In this document: piece after piece, positions 26,851-40,205 of the stretch | Position numbering within the stretch: the stretch's first letter is position 1 | Layout of the letters: every line of letters starts with the position of its first letter | Assembly: GCA_951406725.2 (NCBI GenBank) | Contig: OX597815.1 | Location: 107,508,001 to 107,572,000 of the forward strand | Reading direction: 5' to 3' | DNA length: 64,000 nt | Origin: Octopus vulgaris | Taxonomy: Eukaryota | Made by a program: the position numbers and the translations under genes | The notes under the pieces: model-generated | Database searches by the model: none | Told to the model about the DNA's origin: nothing | The model's input: the letters and a program-made list of their open reading frames with translations, nothing else

Positions 26851-27544
26851 TATATACATATACACATACATATACATACATAGACACATAAACATACACA
26901 CACATGCATATATATGTATAACATCTATGTTTGAGTACATATGCTGTTTGTGTGTGTGTATGTGTGTGCATGCGTGTTAATATATATGTTTTTTTGTATT
27001 CATTTTGGTTTAAGTGTGCACAAAAGAAGCATGTATTTGATGCATTTGTATGTATGTATGTATCTGTATCTATGCATGCATGTATGTATTTGATGTCTTT
27101 CTATGTATGCTTGTATATAGATGTACAACATGTATTTTTTTCATGTTTTGTTATTTTTGTTCACTTTAGTTTCTTATGTAAATCCACTCTGACTATTGTG
27201 ACATTCACCCTTAATCCATCTATTATCTATTATACTCTAAATCTTTCTCTCTGCCTCTCAGCCTCTCTCTCTCTCTTTCTTTCTTTTCTCCTTCTCTCCC
27301 TGAACAGATAGGTATTTATTTTTTCCTTGTTATTATTAGCATACAGAACATAATATAAATATTTGATAAACAAGTATAGGAAACAGTGGATTTTTCCATT
27401 TCAGGGTGGAAACCATCCAAATAAAATATAAGATAGGATGGCAATTATATAAATTGCAATTAGTAATGCAAGTTGGAGACGGGAGATTCATTAGCAAACA
27501 ACAATAGAGTAAAAAGCAAATATATATGTGTATGTGTGTATATA

Positions 27545-27939
27545 TAGGTGCAGGAGTGGCTGTGTGGTAAGTACCTTGCTTACCAACCACATGGTTTCGA
27601 GTTCAGTCCCACTGCGTGGCACCTTGGGCAAGTGTCTTCTACTACAGCCTTGGGCCGACCAAAGCCTTGTGAGTGGATTTGGTAGATAGAAACTGAAAGA
27701 AGCCTGTCGTATATATGTATATGTATATATATGTGTGTCTGTGTTTTTCCCCCCAACATCGCTCGACAACTGATGCTGGTGTGTTTACATCCCCGTAACT
27801 TAGCGGTTCATCAAGAGAGACTGATAGAATAAGTACCAGGCTTACAAAGAATAAGTCCTGGGGTTGATTTGCTCGACTAAAGGCGGTGCTCCAGCATGTT
27901 CACAGTCAAATGGCTGAAACAAGTAAAAGGGTAAAAGAG
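27545..27939 (+). mobile_element. SINE family A, full-length reference copy
   Basis: A box TGGCTGTGTGG, B box GAGTTCAGTCC, ACCTTGGGCAAGT core, internal TA/TG run and GTAAAAGAG tail. Confidence 0.9.
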
Positions 27940-27954
27940 TATGTGTGTATGTGT

Positions 27955-28068
<114 letters not shown>

Positions 28069-28394
28069 GATATGTTGGATATTCTCCTCTTCTTATAATC
28101 ATTTACTAGTTTCAGGCATTGGATTGTAGCAAATGCTACAGTAATGTCTTTTAAGGGATTTTGTTAATATCAATCCCAGTACTTATTGCAGGTTGGTACC
28201 CAGTTTATTGATTTCTATTGATTGACTGATTAAGATTTTATATTAATTCATTTCTGGTGTAAAGGGATGCAACTCAATATACTGATGTACACTTATATAC
28301 AAACACAGTCTTGGACACGCATATATATATGCACACATACACATGCACAGACATACACACATGTATTATTTTTAATACACTTGCTGGCTTGCGA

Positions 28395-30520
28395 ATACAT
28401 GAGCTGGCAGCAGAATGGAAGGATTCCCAGCTCTGTGAGTCAGGGAGTGGTGACACTGATCACAAAAGACCTGAGCAAGGGGGACCATACTAGTAATTTT
28501 AGGCCCATAACTCTACTTAATGTAGAGTTAAAGATTTTGTCCAAGGTGCTAGCTAAGAGGTTGGTGCATGTCACGGAGGAACTTGTTGGGAAAGTGCAGA
28601 CATGTGCCATCCCAGGCAGGTCAATCCAGGACAATCTCTATCTCCTGTGCTACACCTTAGAGAGGGTGGGTAAGTTATCTGGTAAAGGTGGGGCACTGGT
28701 CCATTTAGACTAGAGTAAAGCTTTTGATAGGGTAGACCACTAGTACCTGGCGATGGTCCTCAAGGTGGTTGGGATAGGCCCAGACTTCCATGGTTGGATC
28801 ACTGCCATTTAGGGTGGTATTAATTCCACACTACAGATAAACAGTTACCTGTCAGTGCTGTTTAAGATCGAGCACTTGGTTCATCAAGGATGTGCCCTGT
28901 CTCCACTTCTGTATGTACTGGCTCTTGAGCCATTGCTGTGAAGGTTGGAGAGTTTGGGGGGGGGGGGGCATTCCCAATGAATTGGGATGTGATAAGTCTG
29001 TTTCTGCATATGCAGATGACTTCACCATCACTGTGTCCCATGAAGCTCAGCTACCTTGTGTTGAGGATGTAATCAAAGGATACGAGGTGGTAGCAGGGAC
29101 AAGTCCATTCGCTCACGACTTGGCACCTGGAGTGGCAAGACGATAATGTTTAGTATCATGGGGCACTGAACGGAAGGTCCTGTTAAGTTGCTTGGAGTTT
29201 GATTTGGACCGGATTCCCAGACAGAGAAGAATTAGAGTGAGGTGGCAGATAGGGTGGCAGTCCTAATCCGGACCTGGTCTGGAAGGGTGCTATCTCTGAA
29301 AGGGAGGGTGGAGGTGATGCAGGTGTATATTGCATCTGTTATCACCTACAATCTGACCATTGACCCTTGCTCTGATTCATGGCTAAGCAAGTTGGGACGC
29401 CTTCTCTTCTGCTTTTTGTGGAGTGGAGGAAGACTGCTTGTGAGGTGCTGTTTGCTGCCAAGAACCGCTAAAGGGTGGGTTAGGGATGCCATGGCTAATG
29501 ATGTGCAGGCATGCGCTGAGGCTAAGGCACCTCTGGCTCTATCTGGACGGTGATCAGGTGTGGAATTTGCTGGCAGAAAAATTCTTTCTGCGACTGGTCT
29601 CCTTGGAGGAACTCAAACCCAACTTCATTAAAAGATGTAACATGACTGAATGGCAAATGGAGTGCCAATAGGCACTTGTGCTAATCCATAAGGCAGGCAA
29701 GGCCAGCAGCAGGAATACCACCTCAGTATAGAGGGCTAGTAGAGTTTAAGAGGGATGATATCCCAGGAGAAGCTCTGGGGCTCAATGAGGGCCAGCTAGC
29801 TAACCTATTTCAAAGAACTTTCAGGCCAGGGTACCTGGATAACTATCAGAAATCTGTGACCTGATAGTGCTATAGGAGTGCTTTACCTGTTTGTGACAAA
29901 TTGTCTAGGCATGGATTGTCTGTGCCACTGGTATGTCCAAGGTGCGGGAAGGACGATGAAACTGTTCTGCATGCCCTTGTTCAGTGCTTGGAGCTTTTGA
30001 GCTTGATAATTATGATTTATATAGAACATTTGCTGTCGCATCTAGGAAGAGTACAGCTGTATGCTGAGTCCATCGTTGAAATTGTACTGCCACCCGGACT
30101 ATCAAAGGAAGGTGAGGCATGTTTTTATGCACAGTTACAGTATTGAAAGAGTGTATATGGAAAACTAGAATGAAAGGCATCACAATGGGAATTTTCATCT
30201 CTGGCCCTGGTTTGCTATATTACTTCAGATATCATCTGAAGAGGAGACACCTGTTGCGAAGTATATTCGGGAAAAGATGGAAGGATGTGGCAAAGAAGTT
30301 GGGTGTGAATGACCCTATTTAATCTCATCCATGGTAAAAATGTATGGTATAGTTGTTGGGCTTCATGGCCAAGTGTAAACTTGTAAAACTTGTAAATTTT
30401 TAAAATATAATATTCATCATCATATTTTTAAAACCACTTTAAAAAAACGAACTCATAAACACACTATTTGTTTGTAATGTCCTGTGTTGTCCCATCTGTA
30501 TGTGATATATAATAATCGTT
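28395..30520 (+). mobile_element. Tx1/L1-clade LINE ORF2 pseudogene, 5'-truncated
   Basis: NFRPITLLNVELKILSKVLAKRL, QTCAIPGRSIQDNL, LD*SKAFDRVDH, SAYADD, LSLKGRV and zinc knuckle CPRCGKDDETVLHALVQC. Many stops and frameshifts. Confidence 0.92.
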
Positions 30521-31703
30521 ATAAAGAATCATCTCTTAGGTGCATCTCATTAAGGGCCAAGAAGATAGAAACATCAATGCCTGGGATTCCTAATAGATGG
30601 TGACAGTGAATGAATTGGGTGTTTTCACACCTTTTTACCATAAGAGAGATATATTCTCCATGGAAACTGCAGTGTATTTAATTTTTAGCAGTTGAAATAT
30701 GTCACAAACATATTTCAACTAGCCTAAATTCTTCTTATATTCCCTAAGGCTGTGGTCATGCTGGGGCTTTGAATTCAGTATAGCCGTAAAAACAGCAGAA
30801 AGATTGGGTATATTACCTATTATAAGATAGAAAAATGTTGCCAGCAGATGGCTATGGGACTTGAACCTGTGCCCCTCAGACATATATTCTTGACTTTCAT
30901 AACCTGGTCAATCAACTCAAATGTCTTTAATTTTCTCTCTTTCTAAATCTTCTCTTTACTTTTGTAGCAGCTAACAATGATACAACTGCACCTGTACTAC
31001 ATGGTTAAATATACATGACCTAACCTGCTAGGCATTTCCAGCATCTCAGCAATGCTATATGATGGACTTGGTGCCTTTTCTGGCTTCATTTTCTTAATCA
31101 ATTTATCTACTCTACTGCTATCAATTTAGAAGATTGATCCCTGTGTTGGTTCTATAGACATACATACATGGATGGACACACACAGAAATGGACGGACACA
31201 CCCACCCACCCACCCACCCACACACATACACATATGGATGGATGGACACACACTCACACACACATATACACCTACTTTCTCTCTGACACTCACATGCATA
31301 CACACATACCTTTAAATTCCCAAGATTCAACTACAGAAAAGTGACAATTGATTGTCACTTTTCTGTGGAGGACATAACATATGCAATCAGTAGCTGCTCA
31401 AAAATTGCTATTAAGGTACTACTGCTACCTCATTACATGTTCTTACGGAAACAATACAGAATGTCATCTATAGGAAAGCCAGTCCTGAGATAAATATAAA
31501 AGATACTTCAGCTATTGAATATATGTCAATACAAGGAATTTTGGTAGAGAATTCTCATCAAAACTCCTACCAAGTGCAAACTTAACTGATATAGTTATTT
31601 AGGTTAGAAAACAAAAGTCAGCAGATGTGAATATTTCTTCCAAAGCTAATGAGAAGGAGACTGTTTATGGATAACTGCTTTGACACCGGAAACTCCTCCA
31701 CCC

Positions 31704-32358
31704 CATCATCATCATCATCATCATTTATTGTCCGCTTTCCATGCTGGCATTAGGTTGGATGGTTTCACTGAAGACTGGCAAGCCAGGAGGCTTCACCAGG
31801 CTCCAGTCTGATTTGGCAAGGTTTCTACAGCTGGATGTCCTTCCTAATACCAACCACTCTATAGTGTATCAAGTGCTTTTTACATGCCATCAATACAGGG
31901 GCCAGTCAGGTAGCACTGGCATCAACCATGCTCAAATGTTGCTTTTTATGTGCCACCGGTATGGGAGCCAGTCAGGTGGAACTGACAAGGGCCACACTCA
32001 AATGGTTTTATGTGCCACCAGCATGGGACCTGTCAGGTGGCACTGACATTGACCATGTTAATATGGTGCTTTTTATGTGCCACCGACACAGGAGCCAGTT
32101 CAGTGGGACTGGCATTGACTATGCTCAAATGGTGCTTTTTACATGTCACCAGCACGGGTGCCAGTCAGGTGGTACTGGCATCGGCCATGATAATGATTTC
32201 ACTTGACTCAGCAGGTCTTCTCAAACAGTGTATTGCCCAATGATCGAAGGGTACTCTTAAATGGGCTGGTTATGCAACACTGGCATAGGCCATGGTTATG
32301 GTCGCACTTGGCTTGCCAGGTCGTCTCAAGCACAGCATATCTCCAAAGGTCTCGGTTG
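31704..32358 (-). mobile_element. RTE family B fragment with an expanded ~50-bp subrepeat array
   Basis: About five ATGGTGCTTTTTATGTGCCAC...CAGTCAGGTGGCACTG units. Minus-strand ORF end RDLWRYAVLETTWQAK. Confidence 0.85.
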
Positions 32359-32724
32359 CTGTTTATAAATTTACATTTATACCAGTAATCATTGTTGCAC
32401 TTGGTTATGATATAAATGATCAAACAACAACCTTAAAAAGCTAGCACTTTGGGTTCAGGAAGAGACTAGTTAACATACACTTCACAGATATAAGCCATAA
32501 GTGAAACAATAAAACTATGCAAAATTTTCCTAACGTTCAATATGGCACAGTTATCATTGCGCTTATTCAAATTCCATTGATGGAGCCTTTAATTCTTTAT
32601 TGAAAGAACATTTCACTCTTTCTAGGAAGAATTATTACAAATAAAAAGAGAGAATGCATGCACATGCATAGATTGCTAGCCACTACACATTCTTTATTTT
32701 CTCTCCTTGTTTCTTTCTGTGTTC

Positions 32725-32760
32725 CTTTCAGTGGAAGAGCGTGGGTTCGAAATGTTAAAG
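32725..32760 (+). ncRNA. Degenerate hammerhead-like motif in a pLTR-like island (32660-32855)
   Basis: CTTT-CAGTGGAA-GAGC-GTGG-GTTC-GAAA-TGT-T-AAAG: stems I and II pair and the GAAA box is intact, but the CUGANGA box is altered. Confidence 0.4.
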
Positions 32761-32859
32761 ACTTTTTCACTAACCGAGCTTTATACTAATACATCTGTTT
32801 GTTGTCTACACCATCTGTCTTCGTCTTTCGTTTTTTTTTTGTGAATTCTCCTTATATAT

Positions 32860-33100
32860 CATCATCATCATCAATTAGTGTCTGCTTTCCATGCTAGCAT
32901 GGTTTGGATGGTTCAACTGGGGTCTGGGAAGCCAGAAGGCTGCACCAGGCCCAGTCTGATCTGGCAATGTTTCTATGGCTGGATGCCCTTCCTAATGCCA
33001 ACCACTCCGTGAGTGTAGTGGGTGCGTTTTACGTGCCACTGGCACAGGTGCCAGACGAGGCTGGCAAATGGCCACGATCGGATGGTGCTTTTTACGTGCC
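32860..33100 (-). mobile_element. RTE family B, 3' UTR fragment
   Basis: Close reverse complement of 35400-35644. Confidence 0.85.
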
Positions 33101-33659
33101 ATATATACACAAACACATGCACACATGCATATATATATATACACACACATACACATACCTACATGCATTTATATATGCAAGGGCATTCAAGGGTGCATGC
33201 ATACATAATGATTGCCTCATCTTGTCAGATGAAAGCTGTCTCACATTCAAATGGTAGTGAAAGATCTGTATGTCATTGGATGTAAATGACAACAGATTGT
33301 ACAACACTTTTGTTACTCTCTCAGTCACCATAGTAGATTCCAGTATAAGCATTGCAAGAGGACTGATACTATTTTGACTGCATATTTTATGTCAGAGTAT
33401 CTTTCTCATAGAAGAGCTAACTTCTCCACAGCTTTGTCAAAAATAATAGGAGCCTCCCCTATCTGCTGGAAATCTAATTAGTTCATTGATGGGACCAGGA
33501 CATGTACTATCATTCAAGGTCAGAATGGACCTTGGAGTTAAGATAATTAAGAGGTGACTCCATGTTCCTCAAAACTCCAGAATTCCTGAACTGGAGCCTC
33601 ACCACTGGATGCAGTTTAATGTCATACTCAGGACATACTACACAAACATCAACACAAGA

Positions 33660-34240
33660 AATACTGGTTGAACATACCATCAAAACATCTGTCAATAATA
33701 GGCCAGATATTGTTTGGGACGGAGAAGAGGTCAGTTATCCTGCTGATATGAATATCTCTGAAAATCAAAGAGAAAGAGGTTAGCTATAGACAATTGCTTC
33801 AAAACCTCTAGCTTCTATATCCAGATTACAAATTTACATTTATACCAACAATAATTAGTACACTTAGGTGGCGAGCTGGCAGAAACGTTAGCATACTGGG
33901 TGAAACGCTTAGTGGTATTTCATCTGTCTTACATTGTGAGTTCAAATTCTGTTGAGGTCGACTTTGCCTTTCATTCTTTCAGGTTCGATAAATTAAGTAC
34001 TTGTTGTGTACTGAGGTTGATCTAATTGTCTGGATTCTCCCCACAAAAATTTTGGGCCTTGTGCCTAGAGTAGAAAAGAATAATTAGTACACTTGGTATT
34101 GTGAGTAAATAGCTGTCAGCCTGGATAAGCTTGGATTTTCAGAAAAAGAAATCAACCATGTGACTTGCACATTACAAATACAATCTGTAAATGGAAGAGT
34201 AAAAATATGCAAGACTTTTCTCAAGTTTAAAATGTGACAT
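33660..34240 (+). mobile_element. R4/Dong-like non-LTR retrotransposon, restriction-like endonuclease C-terminus, split by a SINE
   Basis: NNRPDIV...EVSYPADMNI...YRQLLQNL*LLYPDYKFTFIPTIISTL|GIV...LQIQSVNGRVKICKTFLKF. The reading continues across the SINE. Confidence 0.75.
33866..34078 (+). mobile_element. SINE family B with a perfect 16-bp TSD
   Basis: AATAATTAGTACACTT at 33850-33865 and 34079-34094. Confidence 0.92.
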
Positions 34241-35002
34241 TATTTTTATTATCTACATTCTAATGGCAGAACTTTGTATCATTGTTAGAAATCAGCTCCT
34301 TCCTCAGAGGAATATTTTAGATAATTAAAAACAGAAGAGAACATGCATTCATATAGACAATGGGCCTCATCACAGCCTGGATCTATTAAACTCTATTTAC
34401 AAGGCATTGGTCGATCTCAAGCTACTGTAAATGACATATGCTTGCCTAAACTACTGTCTGAGCAGCCACTTGGTTTGAATCACTCAAACAACCATTCACG
34501 TATTAAACCAATTAAGATATGTTTGTCCTTGCATTAGAGTAAGGGATAAAATCACAATAAACTGTTGTTCTTGATGCTGATGATTAATAAAGGTCAACCC
34601 TGATTAAAATTTCTTGCCATAGTCATTCTCCTTATTTTCAAATTTCATTATATGTCTTGAACAAATTATTGATATATCCTTCCATTTTGAAAACTTTAAA
34701 ATGTGATTTGAGGGAGACTTGACTGCTGTTTCTCACAGGCTGGGTGTCTGTATAAGAGTTCTCTTGCTAGTTTAGTTTTCAATCCTGGTTGAATTCCTTT
34801 CACTTTACTTTGTGTTGCTAATGATTTTGAGAAAGGCATTATGATTAATAATAACCTTACAACTTCGCTGCTCTCATGGACTTTGTACCTCAACAAAGTG
34901 AAACTAACATTTATTTAACATGTGAATACCTCAGTGCAGGTATTGAAAATCTATCACACTTTGGCTGGATGCAGCTGTTTATGATTTCTTTTTTTTATGA
35001 AA

Positions 35003-35644
35003 GTGCGCGAGAAGACCCGGCAGGACAAGTGAGGCCATAACCCGTGGCCTTCTACATGGGATGGAGCCAGCCTACGTATGCATACCTTCCCTTCTTGGGA
35101 CACAAAACTCTACTTGTGAAGACGTGTTGAGGCAAGTGAGGATCAGAATCGAAATCGATCAATGGAAATTGCGGATGTGCTACCAGTGCCGGTGGCATGT
35201 CAAAACTCTGCTTGTGAAGACCCGTTGAGGCAAGTGAGGATCAGAATCGAAATCGATCAATGGAAATCGATCAATGGAAATTGCAGATGTGTTACCAGTG
35301 CCGGTGGCATGTAAGAGAACTTTCCGTTTCGCGACCGTTGCCAGCACCGCCCCGTTTCGTGTCCATTGCCAGCCTCGCCTGGCCCTCGTGCCGGTGGCAC
35401 ATAAAAAGCACCATCCGTTCGTGGCCGTTTGCCAGCTCTGTCTGGCACCAGTGCGGGTGGCACGTAAAAAGCACCCACTACACTCACGGAGTGGTTGGCG
35501 TTAGGAAGGGCATCCAGCCGTAGAAACACTGCCAGATTTGACTGGGCCTGATGAAGCCTTCTGGCTTCACAGACCCCAGTAGAACCGTCCAACCCATGCT
35601 AGCATGGAAAACGGACGCTAAACGATGATGATGATGATGATGAT
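35003..35644 (+). mobile_element. RTE family B, 3' end (CpG-rich, young-looking)
   Basis: ~95-bp internal duplication (35103 and 35201), GGCGTTAGGAAGGGCATCCAGCCG, CCATGCTAGCATGG palindrome and (GAT)n tail. Confidence 0.88.
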
Positions 35645-35780
35645 GTCATAACTATATAAACATAAAAACATTTTCTTTAAAATTTGAAATATAATCTGTA
35701 AGTCAATTTGAACAGTTTCTTTTCTGCCTCTTTTTTCCCTCATGTTTTCTCTGACACAATCACTATGATTTGCTTATATA

Positions 35781-36560
35781 TACAAGGTGTATTCCAAAAG
35801 TTTCAAACTTTTTCAGGAGAGACATTCATTAATTTCAAACAAGTACAAAATTCTAATCTCCTCTGACTTCAATGCACTTGTCGCACTCCAGGCATTTCCT
35901 GGAGGCCTTATGGAAGTCGTCCAAAGTCCAGGACTCTTGTCACAGTCTCCTTCATCTTTAAAATGACTGCCTCTGATGCTCTTCTTCAACTTAGGGAACA
36001 ACCAAAATCCACAGAGAGCAAAGTCTGGACTGTACGGAGGGTGAGGGACGGTTATAATGCCCACCTCTGTCAAGTATTTGGCTTGTCAAGTATTTGGTTT
36101 ACCAGGGTGCTTGTCACTGAGTACCTTGGGAACAAACTTTGCATAAATTTTGCATTTGCCCAGATCTTCATGAATAATTCTGTTTACATTTGCGTCACCA
36201 ACACCAAACTGTATGCTTATTGTTTTTATAGGCACAAAACGGTCTTCATCCAGAAAATTGTGTATTTTCACTTCCAGCTCCGATGCCCTGACACCCCTCT
36301 TCCTTCCACACATCTTATTGTCTCTCACTCCCTCTTTACAGTCCCTGAACTTCTTGTGCCAATGGAAAAGTTAATGCATTATCAGTCTGGAGCATTTCAT
36401 AAGTTTCTGTAGCATTTTTTCCTAGTTTAACACAAAACTTTATTGCTTAACAAGCTTCCAAACTATCTTCATGTCTTGACTAAATTCTGCAAACTAGTCA
36501 GCTGTGACAAGCAGTGTTTAGTAGGTGTTCAAAGTGATGCTACAGCTGTCTCCTTCAATC
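35781..36560 (-). mobile_element. Internally deleted mariner transposon
   Basis: VPHPPYSPDFALCGFWLFPKLK (YSPDLAP motif) and IIHEDLGKCKIYAKFVPKVL (WVPHEL motif). TIR-like TACAAGGTGTATTCCAAAAGT at 35781; other end unclear. Confidence 0.85.
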
Positions 36561-38135
36561 TGGAATAACAAAAGTTGGCAGGTTAGCTTATTACTTGTAC
36601 AGTAATGGAATATTAGAATTACAACAATCTGAGACAGTTATAAATGCCTCTCCTAATAAGTCTTAAAACCTCCAGAATGTGCTATGTATGGGGTACACTA
36701 TATTGCATTTGATTCGTTAAATTATTCATTTAGTGGTGTAATGCAATTTATGATCTGTAGCATTTAGTAAGGCCTGCCGTTAGAAAAATGCTGGTCAAGT
36801 CTGCTATAGATCAAATGTTAAGTTAGTAACAAGCATGAACTGCCAAACCATTTCACTTCTCAGTTAAAGGCAACTATTATTGTCATTCAGAAAAGTATTA
36901 ATGTCAAACCTTTCTATTTTCCCCTCTCCTCTTAAAACACAGATCTTTTGTACTTTCGTTAAAAAGAAAATGCTATTTATTTATTTCAAATGTGTTTCTT
37001 GAGCAACATCAATTGATAAAGCTCATCAATGTTCAATCAGCTGCATTAATTTCAAAAGAGCTTCTTACTAACCTATTTGAGCTTAGTTCTATAGGTCAAT
37101 GAAGAACTTGGTCATTATTATACATGCAGAACTGCTGTCGAGTCAACTAGCTTTAAACATCTTGTATATAGACACAATACAACACTAGTGATGAAGTGTG
37201 AACAGTTGACCTTTTGAATGCTAGGCTGATGCACAAATATATCAACCAGTTGTGACTTGTCTTTAAATGATGTATATACGAGTTGCTCTGTGATAATATT
37301 GACAACTACATTAGTCTAACCATTGTTCATTAACATTTGCATGATTATAACAATTTCTGTGAAATGTATTCTTTACTCTGATCATTTTCCAATATCAAAG
37401 AATAAACAAAAACAAACCATTATTGCCATTACAAACTAGTGCTGTACAATAGAAATACTAAATGTTTTCACAAACCATACCAGCATATAAAGGCAGTGTG
37501 TAATTCTAGATTTAATAGCTTTAGGTACATGAAAAATGAGTCTCCCATGGATAGGACTATCAGAAGTAAAATTATAGCAATAATTTGATACTTCCCTTTC
37601 CCCCACCACTCGATGAACTGAGGGCATGGCATGTGGAATTAAGTATTCTTCTCATAAACACAAGACTCACTAGTGTGCAACACATATGAATTCATAATCC
37701 ACTGTTTAAGCTATCGCTTCAATATTTATCCCCTCACACATTTCATTCTTCTACATCATGACGCTAACAAGGATAATAGATGTATGAGTGTGTGTGAGTG
37801 TGTGTGTATGTGTTTATACAACACACTCTACTCCCCCAGGTATTAAAAACTTTATTTTGTATCTATAAACCTCATTCTTACTAACTCATATATGGAATTA
37901 CAAACACACACACACACACACACACACACAAGGCCAGAAAGTTTTGTGGGGAGGGGTTTAGCTGGTTATGTTAACTTCTGTGTGGTTAAGAGACTTCTTT
38001 CACAATCACATGGTTACAGGTTCAATCTCACAGCATGGCATTTGGGCAAGTGCCTTCTACTCTAGCCTTGAATTGGCTAATACTTTGTGAATGAAATTTA
38101 GTCAAGAGAAACCTCATGGAAACCTGCAATAACAT

Positions 38136-38173
<38 letters not shown>

Positions 38174-39220
38174 GAATGTGTGTGTGTACACGCATGCATA
38201 TGCCTACATGGGTAGATACAAGCATGTATATCTGTGTGTGTGAGAGAGCATGTTTGTCTTTAAATGTCAGCACATTGATACCACTTAGAAAGAGTTGTGA
38301 TGCTTGTTTATCTGCTACATAAGCCATATTTTTGTGGTGTAGAAGTTTGGCATACTTCGTCCAGCAAATTAAAGTACATTACTTAAAAAACAAGTACAGA
38401 TTGGCATACATACATACATACATATATGAAATTAGCATTAAGCATAAGGGCGTTCATTTACCATACCCATTAGAAATAGAAGTTGGGGTTTTAAGTCCTA
38501 TTTCTAACAAGTATGGTGTATGAATGCCCTTATGATTAATGATAATTTCAAATTTTATAGCTATTTAATGCTATTTAAACCTGTTAACCACCTATATTAT
38601 TGTTGCTGGTATTATCGATTACTTACATTTACCATAGATAATATTAGCAATAACAATATCTTTATGAATATTCAAATTTGAATATTCTACTCATTATATA
38701 TATATATATATGTATGTAGAGAGAGAGAGAGAGAGAGAGAGGGGAAAGTGTATGTGCACCGCTATATATATATTGGAAGGGCATCCAGCTGTAGAAACTC
38801 TGCCAGACCAAGATTGGAGCCTGGTGCAGTCATCTGGTTCGCCAGCCCACAGTCAAAATCATCCAACCCATGCTAGCATGGAAAACGGACGTTAAAAGAT
38901 GACGATGAGGATATATATAAAATACAAAATGGGACAAGAACGCAAAACATTCGGACAGCTAGGTGATACACAAAAAGACAACAAAACATCCAGATAAACG
39001 ATACAATGAAAACAAGGATGGGTCATTCGAAGACCTCTATCCTCAGTCAAGAACCAGATTATCCTCACAATTTTCATCATCATCATCATCATCGTCGTTT
39101 AAGGTCTGCTTTCCATGCTAGCATGGGTTGGACAAATTTTGGTTGTGTTTGTATATATACACACACACACACATGTATAGGAAAATTGTGTATATATATA
39201 CACACACACACACATGTATA

Positions 39221-40205
39221 GGAAAATTCAGTCATTATTAAGTGTGACTGAGGGTGCCAGAGCACTCACATTGCTAGAAATAAGAATTAGAATACTCTTA
39301 ATGCTGAAAGAAGAGCATGGATGCATAAACACATGCTGCCAGGGGAGGCAACCACCCCATGACTAACTCAAAAATCCCCAGACTAGATGTTTAGGTTCAG
39401 CTATTCTGTAAGTATCATCAGTGAGAACTGCTTACACTGCACATGTATGGCTAATTCTGCCTGTCAGCAAATATGTATTTATCATAAAAATTTATGGATG
39501 ATTTAGTAGAATGCTAATGTGTATACTAAAAATTAATATAAACAGCCAGGTGTAATGTGATACCATAAAGGAAGAATTCAGTCATCATTAAGTGTGACTG
39601 ATAGTGCTGAAGAACCTACATTGCTAAAAATAAGAGTTAAAATACTCTTAATGCTGTCTAGTCTGGAGATTTTTTAGTCAGTCATGGGGTGGTTGCCTCC
39701 CCTATTAGTGTGTGTATATGCATCCGTGCTCTTCCTACAGCATTAAGAGTATTTTAACTCTTATTTTTAGCAATGTATGTGCTTCAGTACTATCAGTCAC
39801 ACTTAGTGATGACTGAATTCTTCCTTTATGGTATCACATTGCACCTGGCTATTTATATTAATTTTTAGTATACATATTAGCATTCTGCTAAATCATCCCT
39901 AAATTTTTTATGGTAAATACATATTGCCGACAGGCAGAGTTAGCTAGATACGTGCCATTCAAGCAGTCCTCACTGACAATACCTACAGAACAGGCAAAAC
40001 TAGGGAATTTTCAAGTTAGCCATGGGGCAGTTGCCTCTCCAGTCAGCATTTGTGTGTACATCTATACTCTTCCTACATCATTAAGAGTGAGTATTTGAAC
40101 TCTTATTTCTAGCAATGTGGGTGCTCTGGCACTACCAGTCATACTTAGTGACTATTGAATTTTTCCTTTATGGTATCACATTGTGCCTAGCTATTTATAT
40201 TAATT
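39221..40205. repeat. Fold-back array of a ~350-bp unit (about 1.25 forward and 1.6 reverse copies)
   Basis: AATTCAGTCA recurs at 39225 and 39575. 39221-39657 is an inverted copy of 39737-40166. Confidence 0.9.

Noticed and set aside
27545-27615. tRNA genes at A/B-box motifs (also ~30850-30880)
   Set aside because: They are SINE heads with no complete cloverleaf.
31870-32190. CRISPR-like regularly spaced repeats
   Set aside because: Eukaryotic context, the 'spacers' are similar to each other, and there are no cas genes; these are LINE 3'UTR subrepeats.
39390-39430. CTGATGA on the minus strand of the 350-bp unit as a hammerhead (retrozyme)
   Set aside because: No stem II or GAAA box, and the second copy reads CTGACAA.
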